From: Candidatus Multivoradales bacterium
GTDB taxonomy: Bacteria; Acidobacteriota; Thermoanaerobaculia; Multivoradales; JAHEKO01
Assembly: GCA_965223155.1 (NCBI GenBank)
Contig: CBDCVR010000014.1
Coordinates: forward strand, 768,001-832,000
Direction of reading: 5' to 3'
Length of the DNA: 64,000 nt
The translations under genes were made by a program, and so were the position numbers. A model generated the notes under the pieces. The model saw nothing but the letters and a program-made list of their open reading frames with translations. It was not told the origin of the DNA and searched no databases. This document shows positions 1 to 8,769 of the stretch, piece after piece (within the stretch, counting starts at the first letter, position 1; each line of letters begins with the position of its first letter).

Positions 1-671
1 GACCGGCTGAGATCGCCGCACGGCTTATTGGTGGCCACCGTGAAATCGACGTAGTTGGCAACGTAGAGATCCAGGTCCCCATCGCCCTCTAGATCCCCAA
101 AGGCGGCCGAAGTGGACCAGCGCTCGTCGGCCGCTCCGGCGGCACCGATCACCGGCCGGAAGCTACCGTGGCCGGTGTTCTCGAAGAGATCATTCGTGCC
201 GAAGGCGGTCAAGTAGAGATCCAGGTCTCCGTCCCGGTCGAAATCGCCCGCGCTGCCTCCCATGCCGTATCCCGAAGGCTCGAGACCGGCGTGCTCGGAG
301 ACGTCCACAAAGCGGCCGCCCTCATTCCGGAAAAGCCGCGGCCGCGCCGCCGGGCCGCTCCCGGGCGGCAAGGTGCCGCTATCCAGAAACAGGACGTCCG
401 GATCCCCGTCTCCGTCGTAGTCGAACAGGACCACCCCCGAGCCCATGGTCTCGGGCATGAAAAAGCTGCCGGAGCCACCGTGGCGATGCTCGAAGGCAAG
501 ACCCATCGCGGCCGAGGATTCCCGGAATCGGAGCTCGGCGCCCTCGGCCGGAAGCGCAAGAGCCAAGAGACCGAGGGCGGCAATCCCAGCGCGGACCAGA
601 ACTCGGCCGGATCCCCATGGGAGGCTCCTGAACGGCGGACGCAAGCGCGGCAATCGCAAAGGACGGGTCAC
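1..671 (-). CDS. CRTAC1/FG-GAP (VCBS) repeat secreted protein, 3'-partial (runs off the window start)
   Basis: Hand translation of the minus frame missing from the ORF track: signal-like AGIAALGLLALALPAEGA, then FEHRHGGSGSFFMPETMGSGVVLFDYDGDGDPD, GDFDRDGDLDLY, WSTSAAFGDLEGDGDLDLYVANYVDF. GTG at 671 follows an in-frame TGA at 675-677. Confidence 0.85.
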   Translation of the reverse strand, partial: MTRPLRLPRLRPPFRSLPWGSGRVLVRAGIAALGLLALALPAEGAELRFRESSAAMGLAFEHRHGGSGSFFMPETMGSGVVLFDYDGDGDPDVLFLDSGTLPPGSGPAARPRLFRNEGGRFVDVSEHAGLEPSGYGMGGSAGDFDRDGDLDLYLTAFGTNDLFENTGHGSFRPVIGAAGAADERWSTSAAFGDLEGDGDLDLYVANYVDFTVATNKPCGDLSR

Positions 672-967
672 CAGTCAGAAGGAATGAGTGAGACGCCGAA
701 ATCGGTGTCGGGTTGCCGTGGCGGCTCGACGCTCGCCCGGCTCAGGAGCGATCTTTGCACGAAATCTGCCAGTGGCCCGGGGCCGGGCCGGTACGAACCC
801 CTATGCTACGCTCGCTTTCCCAAGGCGCCCGCTTCGAGCGCTTCCTCCCGCCTCGATCGTCCCGTCCGACCGCTATCGTGCCCGCTCCGGAGACACCCTC
901 GGCCTTGGCGGCATCGGCGCTCACGAGACCGGCCCGACAGCGCCTCGCCCGCCGCCTCACGGCCCCG

Positions 968-3403
968 GTGTTGGCTGGCCTCATGCTGATAGTCCTGGCC
1001 GCCGTCGGGCCGGCCCAGGAAGCTCCCATCGCCCCTCCGGCGCTCGCCACCCCGACCGCCACCGCCCTTGCCGAAGCAGGGCGACAGGAACTGGATCGCC
1101 TGGCGCGCCACGACGGCACCATCCGCTCCCGCCAGCAGATGCTGTTGCGCAACCTGTCGCGCTACTACGTCCGCTACCTGGTGCCGTCCTCGCCCGAGGA
1201 GCTCTCCCGAGTGCTGGGTACCCTCGAGCGCATGGTTCGGAGTGCCGGCTTCGCCATCCTGAGCGCCACCGCCCAGGCGGCCAACGGCGAAGCTGTCAGC
1301 GAACCGGGAGAGGAACCGGCGTCCGAGATCACGTCCGAACACGTCCGGGCCGTCGCCGAGCGCATTCTGCCCAGCCGGGTCGATCGAGACTCGAGGGTCT
1401 TTTTCCCCACCGGCTTTCCCTCCGACTTTCCCTCCGGCGGGGGCGGCTTCCCCACCGACGGGGGCGCGCCCGGACAGCCGGTGGCGATCGAGCTCGTCGA
1501 TCTCGAGGCGCTCCGGGATTCGGGCCTCGCCGCCGAGACCCTCCTGGCCCTCGCCCAGGCGGCCCAGCAGAGCGGGCTCGCCAACCCGTTGGAGCCGGGC
1601 GCGGTCGAGGCCCTGGCCGAGGCCATCAACGCCTACGCGCTTCTGGTCCTCCGGCTGGGAGGGCTCCATGCCCGCCTGGAGCTGGCCGAGGCCCTGGGAA
1701 GCCGCCACTTTCGCGAGGCCGGCAAGTCGATCGCCGGGCGCGCCGTTCCCGCCGACCCGCTGGCACCCCCTGGCGGCGACGACGCTCCGGCTCACCCCGG
1801 CAGACTCTTCGAAGACGCGACCAGCGAGGCCGGGCTCGCCTTCGACCACCGCAGCAGCCCCTGGCTGGCCCGGTTCCGGCGCTACGGCCGGACCGCGCCC
1901 ACCTTCAGCGGCGGCGGTGTCAGCGCCGGCGACCTCGACGGCAACTCCTTCCTAGACCTGGTGATCTGCGGCGGCAGCGGCTGCCGCTTCTTTGCCGGCG
2001 GTCCGGAAGGCCGTTTCGAAGACCGCACCGCGGCCTCCGGTCTCGGGATCGAGGGCGAGGCCCGGATGGCGCTTCTTGCCGACTTCGACAGCGACGGCAC
2101 GACCGACGTCTTCGTGACCTACGCCCGCGACACGAACCGGCTCTTCCGCGGTCTCGGCGGCGGCCGCTTCGAGGACGTAACGGCGGCCTCGGGCCTCGAG
2201 CGCGAGGGCGACGTCAGCGGCCCGGCGGCGGCGGTCGACGTCGACAACGACGGTCTCCTCGACCTCTACGTCGGCAACTTTGGCGATTATCTGGCCGGGG
2301 AGAACCCCTGGGCCCCCAACAACTCACGCAATGCTCAGTCCAACCGGCTGTACCGGAACCTGGGCGGGCTCCGCTTCGAAGACGCCACCGAAGCGGCCGG
2401 CGTCGGCGACACCGGCTGGACCCAGGCGCTGTCCCACGCCGACCTGGATCGGGACGGGGACCAGGACCTCTACGTCGCCAACGACTTCGGCCCCAACGAG
2501 CTCTTCGTAAACCGTGGCGACGGCACCTTCGCCGCCGCCGGCACCGCCAGCGGAAGCGACGACCGCTTTCACGGCATGAATGCCTCGTTCACGGACTTGA
2601 ACGGCGATCGCTATCCGGACGTCTTCATCACCAACATCTGGTTTCGAAACGCGGTGAGCGGCGCCGTCACCGAGACCAACACCCTGCTGCTGTCGGAGCC
2701 GAAATCGGACGGCAGCCTCGGGTATCGCCGGCACGAAGACGAGGCCTTCCTGGCGCACGACACCGGCTGGTCGTGGGCCGCGGTCTTTCTGGATCTCGAA
2801 AACGACGGCGACCAGGACCTTTTTGTCGCCAACGGATTCACCGACTACCTGACCTTCATCCAGTACCGGCCGCACCCCGAGATTCCGAGCCGCATGTACC
2901 CGATCAACAACGGGCGCGAGCCCAACCGGATGTTCCGCAATGATTCCGGCATCCCCTCGGTACCGATCGAGGGCGAGCCCACGGATCTCGCCGGCCGCAA
3001 CACCCGCTCGGCCCTGGCCTTCGACTACGACGGCGATCACGACTTGGATCTGGTGGCGACGACGTTCCACGGCCCGGCGGTCCTGTTCCGCAACCTGGCG
3101 GCCGAACAGGGCCGCAGTGGCAACTGGCTCGAGGTGGATCTTGTCGGCTCGCCCGAGGACGGCGTCAACCGAGCGGGCATCGGAGCGCAGATCTCGGCCG
3201 AGGCCGGAGCCTGGCAAGGCTGGCGCGCGATCACCGGCGGCGAAGGCTACCTGGGCATGGGTCCGGCGCGAGCCTACTTCGGTCTGGGTTCGGTCGAGCG
3301 CGTCGATCTCGAGATCCTGTGGCCGAACGGCGCCCGGCAGACCGTCCCCGGCGTCGCCGCCAACCAGCGCCTGCGCATCGCCTACGCCCCCGACGCCGGC
3401 TAG
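968..3403 (+). CDS. CRTAC1 family protein: unknown helical N-terminal region, FG-GAP repeats, C-terminal ASPIC/UnbV domain
   Basis: ORF 713..3403 has repeated DxDxDGxxD motifs, GWSWAAVFLDLENDGDQDLFVANG and a C-terminal GNWLEVDLVG...NRAGIGA...GGEGYLG...YFGLG...WPNG. Start uncertain (GTG 968 or ATG 983, before a signal-like LIVLAAVGPAQEA). Confidence 0.85.
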   Translation: MLAGLMLIVLAAVGPAQEAPIAPPALATPTATALAEAGRQELDRLARHDGTIRSRQQMLLRNLSRYYVRYLVPSSPEELSRVLGTLERMVRSAGFAILSATAQAANGEAVSEPGEEPASEITSEHVRAVAERILPSRVDRDSRVFFPTGFPSDFPSGGGGFPTDGGAPGQPVAIELVDLEALRDSGLAAETLLALAQAAQQSGLANPLEPGAVEALAEAINAYALLVLRLGGLHARLELAEALGSRHFREAGKSIAGRAVPADPLAPPGGDDAPAHPGRLFEDATSEAGLAFDHRSSPWLARFRRYGRTAPTFSGGGVSAGDLDGNSFLDLVICGGSGCRFFAGGPEGRFEDRTAASGLGIEGEARMALLADFDSDGTTDVFVTYARDTNRLFRGLGGGRFEDVTAASGLEREGDVSGPAAAVDVDNDGLLDLYVGNFGDYLAGENPWAPNNSRNAQSNRLYRNLGGLRFEDATEAAGVGDTGWTQALSHADLDRDGDQDLYVANDFGPNELFVNRGDGTFAAAGTASGSDDRFHGMNASFTDLNGDRYPDVFITNIWFRNAVSGAVTETNTLLLSEPKSDGSLGYRRHEDEAFLAHDTGWSWAAVFLDLENDGDQDLFVANGFTDYLTFIQYRPHPEIPSRMYPINNGREPNRMFRNDSGIPSVPIEGEPTDLAGRNTRSALAFDYDGDHDLDLVATTFHGPAVLFRNLAAEQGRSGNWLEVDLVGSPEDGVNRAGIGAQISAEAGAWQGWRAITGGEGYLGMGPARAYFGLGSVERVDLEILWPNGARQTVPGVAANQRLRIAYAPDAG

Positions 3404-3516
3404 GCACGCTCGCATCCTCCGGGGGAGCGCGCGCGAAGCTCCAACCCGGAGGGCCGCCAGCTCATGCTCGCTTTCGAGCGGCCTCGACGCGAATTCCCCG
3501 TCCCGTTCGGAGGATA

Positions 3517-6500
3517 ATGGAGCCACCCATGCGGCTCGCGATCCTTGGCCTCGTTGTCACCGTCCTGGCCTGCGCCGGCGCCGGTGCCGGCACCGGTGGC
3601 GGCGCCTCTTCTGATCCCTCTGGCGATCCCTCTGGCGATCCCTCCGGCGCTACCGCCGAGATGACCGACGAGCTGCGCTGGCGGCGAGCCGCCGAGCTGC
3701 GCAGCCTGGGCCTCGCCGATCTCGAGGAAGGCGATTTCGAGCGAGCCGCCGAGGCGTTCTCGGAGCTCGCTCGGCTCCTTCCGGACAACGTGCTGCCGCC
3801 CATCAATCTCGCCATCTGCCACGCCCGGCTGAATCGAACGGCGGAGGCTCAGGCCGAGATCGACCGGGCGAGCCGGCTGCGTCCGGACAATCCGCAGCTC
3901 CTCTTCGCTTTGGCCTCTCTGCTCTCGGAGCCAGCCTCCGAGCCGTCCCCGCCAAGTACCGCACTCGCGGCCCGCCTGAATGAAGCTCTGACCCGCTTCA
4001 GCCGAGCCCATCCGGGCGATCCCCGACCGGCCTACCTGCGGGCCCTCGCCGCCGAGGCACGCGACGACTGGGTGGAAGCGGTCGACGCCTACGCTGACGC
4101 TCTCGACCGCGACCCCGACAACCTGGTCCTGATGGCCGAACGATTGGCGGCGGCCGGCAACGCCGGCGATCTGGAGGCGGCCTCCGATGCCGTGGATGCC
4201 CTGGAGGATCGGCTGAACGGCTTCGGACCGGCCGAGGCCGAGTTCGCGGAGCGCATCCGGCAAGCGGCCTTCGCTGGAGAGACCGCGGCCCTCCGGCCCG
4301 CCGGCCAGGTCCTGCGCAACGTCCTGCGGCCGACCGAGCTTTACCAGGTCGGCTTGCGCGGTCTCGCCGGTCGAGCCATCGGCGCCGGCCGCTTGGGCCT
4401 CTTTCCGCAACTCGACTTCGATCCGCCCCTGCCCAAGAGCGTCCAGGGGGGTCAGGACATCGAAATCACCTTCCGCGCACTCGGCAAGTCAGTCTCTTTT
4501 GGCGCGGGAAGCGGCGGACACGCGCTCCTGCAGCCGGTGGCCGCGAGCTTCCTGGGCAGCGAGTCCGAGTCGGACGACAAGGAACGGCTGCTGGCCAGCG
4601 CCGGCGGCGAGCTGATACTTCTCCGCTCGGCCGACGTCACTGCGGCCGGGGCAAGCGAGACGGCTTCCGGCCCGGGCGCCGGCTCCAAGCTGGACCTCGA
4701 GCTGGATCCGAGCGCGGGCGACGGATGGCCGCTGGCCGCGGCCGATCTCGACGGAGATGGCACTCTGGATCTCGTCCTGGCTGGCGAAGACGGAGGCCTC
4801 TCGGTGGCCACCGGACCGGGGACGCCCGCCGCCGTTCTCGTCGGAACTTCCGGCCGCCCTCCCCGATTTGTCGAGCCGGTGGACCTCGACCATGACGGCG
4901 ATCTGGATCTCGTCGTCGCAAGCGCGGCTGGCGCCGTGTTGCTGCAAAACGACGGCACCGGCCGCTTTGCGGACCGGAGCGACCTTCTGCCCGCCCCGGA
5001 CTCCGCTGGTTCGCCCTTGCGAGCCGTTGCCGCTCTCGACTCCGACGGCGATCTGGACCTCGATCTCATAGGAGTCTTCGCCGACCGCGTCGTCCTCTGG
5101 AGCAACCCGCGCTCGGGACCCTTCCAGCCGGCGGTGGACGGCGCCGGACTGGGCGAGCTGCCCGGCGCGACCGGGCTCCTGGCCGAAGACTTCGACGGCG
5201 ACGGCGACTTCGACCTCTTGCTATGGGGAGACTCCCCGGCCTTGCTCGAGAACTCCGGCGGTTCGTTCACGCCAGCGGCTCTTCCGGAGGCCGCGCAAAC
5301 GACCTGGCGCTTGGCGCTGGCCGCGGACTTCGACAACGACGGCGACCGCGACGTGCTGTACCAGGCCGGCGACGGCACGACCCGGCTGCTTCGGAACCGG
5401 CGCCAGCATTGGACGGTCGAGACCACCGGGCTCGACCCGGAGCGGCCGGACGAGCTCGCCGCCTGGGACTTCGACGGCGACGGCGATCTGGATATCGCTA
5501 CGATCGAGGCCGGCCCGGAGGGCGCCGGCATCCGCCTGTGGGAGAACCGAGGCGGCAACCGCAACGCCTGGCTGCGCCTGCGCCTGGAAGGGCTGACCGA
5601 CAACAACGGCAAGAACAACAGCCAGGGGCTCGACGCCCGGATCGAGGTGCGCTCGGGCGACCACGTACAGACCGCCGCCGGCAATGGCCGCTTCAACCAC
5701 TTCGGCCTGGGTGCGAGCCGTCAGGCCGAAGTCGTGCGCGTGGTCTGGACCAACGGTCTGCCCCAGATATGGCAGCTCGTGGCCGCCAATCGCAGCCTGG
5801 TGGAACGGCAGGTGCTCAAGGGCTCATGCCCGTTTCTCTACACCTGGAACGGCACCGAGTTCGAGTTCGTCACCGATCTCATGTGGAAATCCACCCTGGG
5901 CATGGTCTTCGCCGACGGCAGGAAGGCACCGCACCAATCGGCCCGGGACTGGGTACTGGTGTCGTCGGATGCGCTCGCGAGCGTCAACGGAGAGGCCTGG
6001 TTGCAGGTCACCGAGGAGCTCTGGGAGACCGTCTACCTGGACCGCCTGTTCCTGGTGGCCCTGGACCGTCCGGAAGGCGTCGAAGTGCTTGTGGACGAAC
6101 GCTACCTGCCACCGCCCAACCGGGAAGAGCTCCCGGTACATGCCTTTCGGCGCAGGATGGCCCCGGCCGCCGCGTCCGACCATGCCGGCCGCGACGTTCT
6201 GGACCGGATCGGAACCCGGGACGGCCGCTACGTGGATCGGCTGCCGCTCACCCGCTATCAGGGCGTGACCGAGGGCCAGGAGCTGATCCTCGAGTTTCGG
6301 GACGTGCCCGCCGAGGGCCGGTTGCGTCTGGTCTTGCAAGGCTGGACCTTTCCCACCGACACTTCGATCAACGTCGCCCTTGGCCAGAATCCCGGCCTCG
6401 ACCCGGTACCGCCCCGCCTCGACGTCCGCCAGCCGGATGGAAGCTGGCGCGAGGCCGTTTCCTTTCTGGGCTTTCCCAAGGGCAAGCGCAAGACCCTGAT

Positions 6501-7170
6501 CGCCGACCTGACCTCGCTCGTCCCGGACAGGAATTCGGAGCGCGCCGCCGTGCGCATCCGGACCGCCATGCAGATCTACTGGGACGCCGCCTTCCTGGCC
6601 GTCGGGGACGACGGCTCGAGCGTCCGGACCCATGCGCTTGGCGCGAGCGCGGCCAACCTCCACTACCGGGGCTTCTCGAGCATGGTCCGGTCCTCTCCCA
6701 GCGGTCCGCATCTCTTCGACTACTCCACCACCAGCACCGAGCCGAGGTTCGCCCACATGAACGGCCGCCTCACCCGTTTCGGCGAGGTCGGCGAGTTGCT
6801 CGACTCCAGCGACGACCGCTACGTCATCATGGGCCCCGGTGATGAGCTAACAGTTCGGCTGCCGTTGACAGATCTGCCGCCGCTGCCGCCGGGATGGACC
6901 CGGGACTTCGCTCTCTACACCGACGGCTGGGTCAAAGACGCCGATCTCAATACCCACGCTTCGGCCACCGTCGAGCCGCTTCCGTACCATGGCATGACCG
7001 CCTATCCGGACCGGCCCGAGCACCGATACCCCGAGACCGAGGACGCCCGCCGCTGGCAGACACGAACGGCGTCACCGGCCTGCCTGGGGCGCTGGCTGCG
7101 CCGCGATTCGCCAACCAGCTCTGTGCTAGAGTGCTTTCCAGCGAATGGACGCTTCGAGCCGAGCCGTTAG
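3517..7170 (+). CDS. Large secreted protein/lipoprotein: TPR repeats, FG-GAP repeats, ASPIC/UnbV and a C-terminal SCPFLYTWNG domain
   Basis: ATG 3517 just after GGAGG (alternative ATG 3529); lipobox-like VLAC; TPR helices; many DxDGDGDLD repeats; GNRNAWLRLRLEG...HFGLG...WTNG; VLKGSCPFLYTWNG and GWVKDAD motifs. Confidence 0.85.
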   Translation: MEPPMRLAILGLVVTVLACAGAGAGTGGGASSDPSGDPSGDPSGATAEMTDELRWRRAAELRSLGLADLEEGDFERAAEAFSELARLLPDNVLPPINLAICHARLNRTAEAQAEIDRASRLRPDNPQLLFALASLLSEPASEPSPPSTALAARLNEALTRFSRAHPGDPRPAYLRALAAEARDDWVEAVDAYADALDRDPDNLVLMAERLAAAGNAGDLEAASDAVDALEDRLNGFGPAEAEFAERIRQAAFAGETAALRPAGQVLRNVLRPTELYQVGLRGLAGRAIGAGRLGLFPQLDFDPPLPKSVQGGQDIEITFRALGKSVSFGAGSGGHALLQPVAASFLGSESESDDKERLLASAGGELILLRSADVTAAGASETASGPGAGSKLDLELDPSAGDGWPLAAADLDGDGTLDLVLAGEDGGLSVATGPGTPAAVLVGTSGRPPRFVEPVDLDHDGDLDLVVASAAGAVLLQNDGTGRFADRSDLLPAPDSAGSPLRAVAALDSDGDLDLDLIGVFADRVVLWSNPRSGPFQPAVDGAGLGELPGATGLLAEDFDGDGDFDLLLWGDSPALLENSGGSFTPAALPEAAQTTWRLALAADFDNDGDRDVLYQAGDGTTRLLRNRRQHWTVETTGLDPERPDELAAWDFDGDGDLDIATIEAGPEGAGIRLWENRGGNRNAWLRLRLEGLTDNNGKNNSQGLDARIEVRSGDHVQTAAGNGRFNHFGLGASRQAEVVRVVWTNGLPQIWQLVAANRSLVERQVLKGSCPFLYTWNGTEFEFVTDLMWKSTLGMVFADGRKAPHQSARDWVLVSSDALASVNGEAWLQVTEELWETVYLDRLFLVALDRPEGVEVLVDERYLPPPNREELPVHAFRRRMAPAAASDHAGRDVLDRIGTRDGRYVDRLPLTRYQGVTEGQELILEFRDVPAEGRLRLVLQGWTFPTDTSINVALGQNPGLDPVPPRLDVRQPDGSWREAVSFLGFPKGKRKTLIADLTSLVPDRNSERAAVRIRTAMQIYWDAAFLAVGDDGSSVRTHALGASAANLHYRGFSSMVRSSPSGPHLFDYSTTSTEPRFAHMNGRLTRFGEVGELLDSSDDRYVIMGPGDELTVRLPLTDLPPLPPGWTRDFALYTDGWVKDADLNTHASATVEPLPYHGMTAYPDRPEHRYPETEDARRWQTRTASPACLGRWLRRDSPTSSVLECFPANGRFEPSR
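3613..3648 (+). repeat. 12-bp in-frame tandem repeat x3 (GATCCCTCTGGC, encodes DPSG)
   Basis: Read directly: gatccctctggc gatccctctggc gatccctccggc. Confidence 0.9.
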
Positions 7171-7359
7171 CCTGGCCCCGCGAGCCGCCAGGGCCGCAAC
7201 TTCGCTTCCGGCCATCGGTAGCACCGGCTCCGACGTCCTCTCCGCCGAGTCCGGCGGCACCGAACCCGCTCAAGACGATCCCGCCATAGGACGCTCCGCC
7301 GGCAGCCCGCGCGGCGGGCGACCGAGCAAAGCCGTCCCAACCCTCCCCGCGCCGGTCTC

Positions 7360-8694
7360 GTGAGCGGCGCGTTCTGGCCCATCGCCTCGGCTCCCGGAGG
7401 CGGCCTCGCACTGGATCCGGCTCTCGGCCTCGGCCTGGGTCTCTTCCTTGTCTTCCTGAACGGATTTTTCGTCGCCGCCGAGTTCGCGCTCGTCAAGGTC
7501 CGACCGACCCAGATCGATCCCCATGCCAAGGCCGGCGACCGCCGCGCCAAAGTCGCGCGGCACATGCTCACCCACCTCGACGCCTACCTGTCCGCGACCC
7601 AGCTCGGCATCACCCTGGCCAGCCTGGCGCTGGGCTGGATCGGCGAGCCCGCGTTCGCCTGGGTGCTGGAGCCTCTGGTGCTCAAGCTTCCGGGGGCGAC
7701 GCCGGCCCTGGTGCACTCGATCAGCCTGACGGTCGCGTTCCTGGTCATCACCATCCTGCACATCGTCTTGGGCGAGCTGGCTCCCAAGTCGCTCGCCATT
7801 CGCAAGCCCGAACCCACCAGCCTCTGGGTCGCCATGCCCCTGTATCTCTTCTACAAGCTCACCTTCCCGGCTATCTGGGTCCTGAATCATGCCGCCAACG
7901 CCATCCTGCGTCCCTTCGGCATCGAACCGGTCGGCGAAGAGGAGTTGAGCCACGACGAGGAAGAGCTCCGCCTGATCCTGGCCTCGGCTCCCAGCGACCG
8001 CCTGTCCCGCCAGAAGCAGCGCATCCTGGACAACGTCTTCGCCTTTTCGCACATGCCGGCACGCAAGATCATGGTGCCCCGGGCCGACGTCGTCTATCTG
8101 TCCACGGAAGAGTCGATGGAGGACAGCATCGATCGGGCCCGCGAGAGCGGCCACACCCGGTTCCCGCTGTGCGAAGGCGATCTCGACCACATCATCGGCA
8201 TCGTCCACATCAAGGATCTCTTCCGCCGCCGGCCACTGCCCTCCTCGCTGAGCGAGGTCAAGCGCGACATCGCCTTCGTGCCCCAAACCCTGAAGCTGGA
8301 CCGGCTGCTGCGCAGGATGCGAACCGAGAAGGTCCACATCGCCGCCGTCCTGGACGAGTACGGGGGCGTCAGCGGAATCGTCACCCTCGAGAATGTGCTC
8401 GAAGAGCTGGTGGGCGAGATCCAGGACGAGTTCGATCTCGAAGCTCCCGAGATCACCGAGGTGGGTGACGGCGAGTTCCGGGTCGTGGGCTCGACCCTGG
8501 TCGAAGACCTGGAAAGCGCCCTCGAAGTCGAATTCAGCGACCGGGACGAGGATACGGTCGCCGGCGTCGTGCTCTCCGAGCTGGGCCGCAAGCCTCAGGC
8601 CGGAGACACGATCCGCCTCGGCCCGCTCTCGATCCGGGTCACCGAAGTGCGTGGCAACCGCATTCACGTCCTGCGCGTGCGGCGCGAGAGCTGA
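7360..8694 (+). CDS. Hemolysin/HlyC-CorC family transporter (CNNM transmembrane domain, CBS pair, CorC)
   Basis: LNGFFVAAEFALVKVR, SATQLGITLASLALGWIGEP, IVLGELAPKS, SGHTRFP, VLDEYGGVSGIVTLENVLEELVGEIQDEFD. Confidence 0.93.
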   Translation: MSGAFWPIASAPGGGLALDPALGLGLGLFLVFLNGFFVAAEFALVKVRPTQIDPHAKAGDRRAKVARHMLTHLDAYLSATQLGITLASLALGWIGEPAFAWVLEPLVLKLPGATPALVHSISLTVAFLVITILHIVLGELAPKSLAIRKPEPTSLWVAMPLYLFYKLTFPAIWVLNHAANAILRPFGIEPVGEEELSHDEEELRLILASAPSDRLSRQKQRILDNVFAFSHMPARKIMVPRADVVYLSTEESMEDSIDRARESGHTRFPLCEGDLDHIIGIVHIKDLFRRRPLPSSLSEVKRDIAFVPQTLKLDRLLRRMRTEKVHIAAVLDEYGGVSGIVTLENVLEELVGEIQDEFDLEAPEITEVGDGEFRVVGSTLVEDLESALEVEFSDRDEDTVAGVVLSELGRKPQAGDTIRLGPLSIRVTEVRGNRIHVLRVRRES

Positions 8695-8769
8695 GCACCG
8701 AGCCGGCCTCTTCGCGAACATCCGGCGGAAGGTCCCACCGCGTCCCCGAACCCTGGTGATAGCCGCGGG

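Noticed and set aside
1-7170. Enediyne biosynthetic cluster implied by UnbV domains
   Set aside because: No PKS, thioesterase or other warhead-cassette genes in the window; ASPIC/UnbV is widespread outside such clusters.
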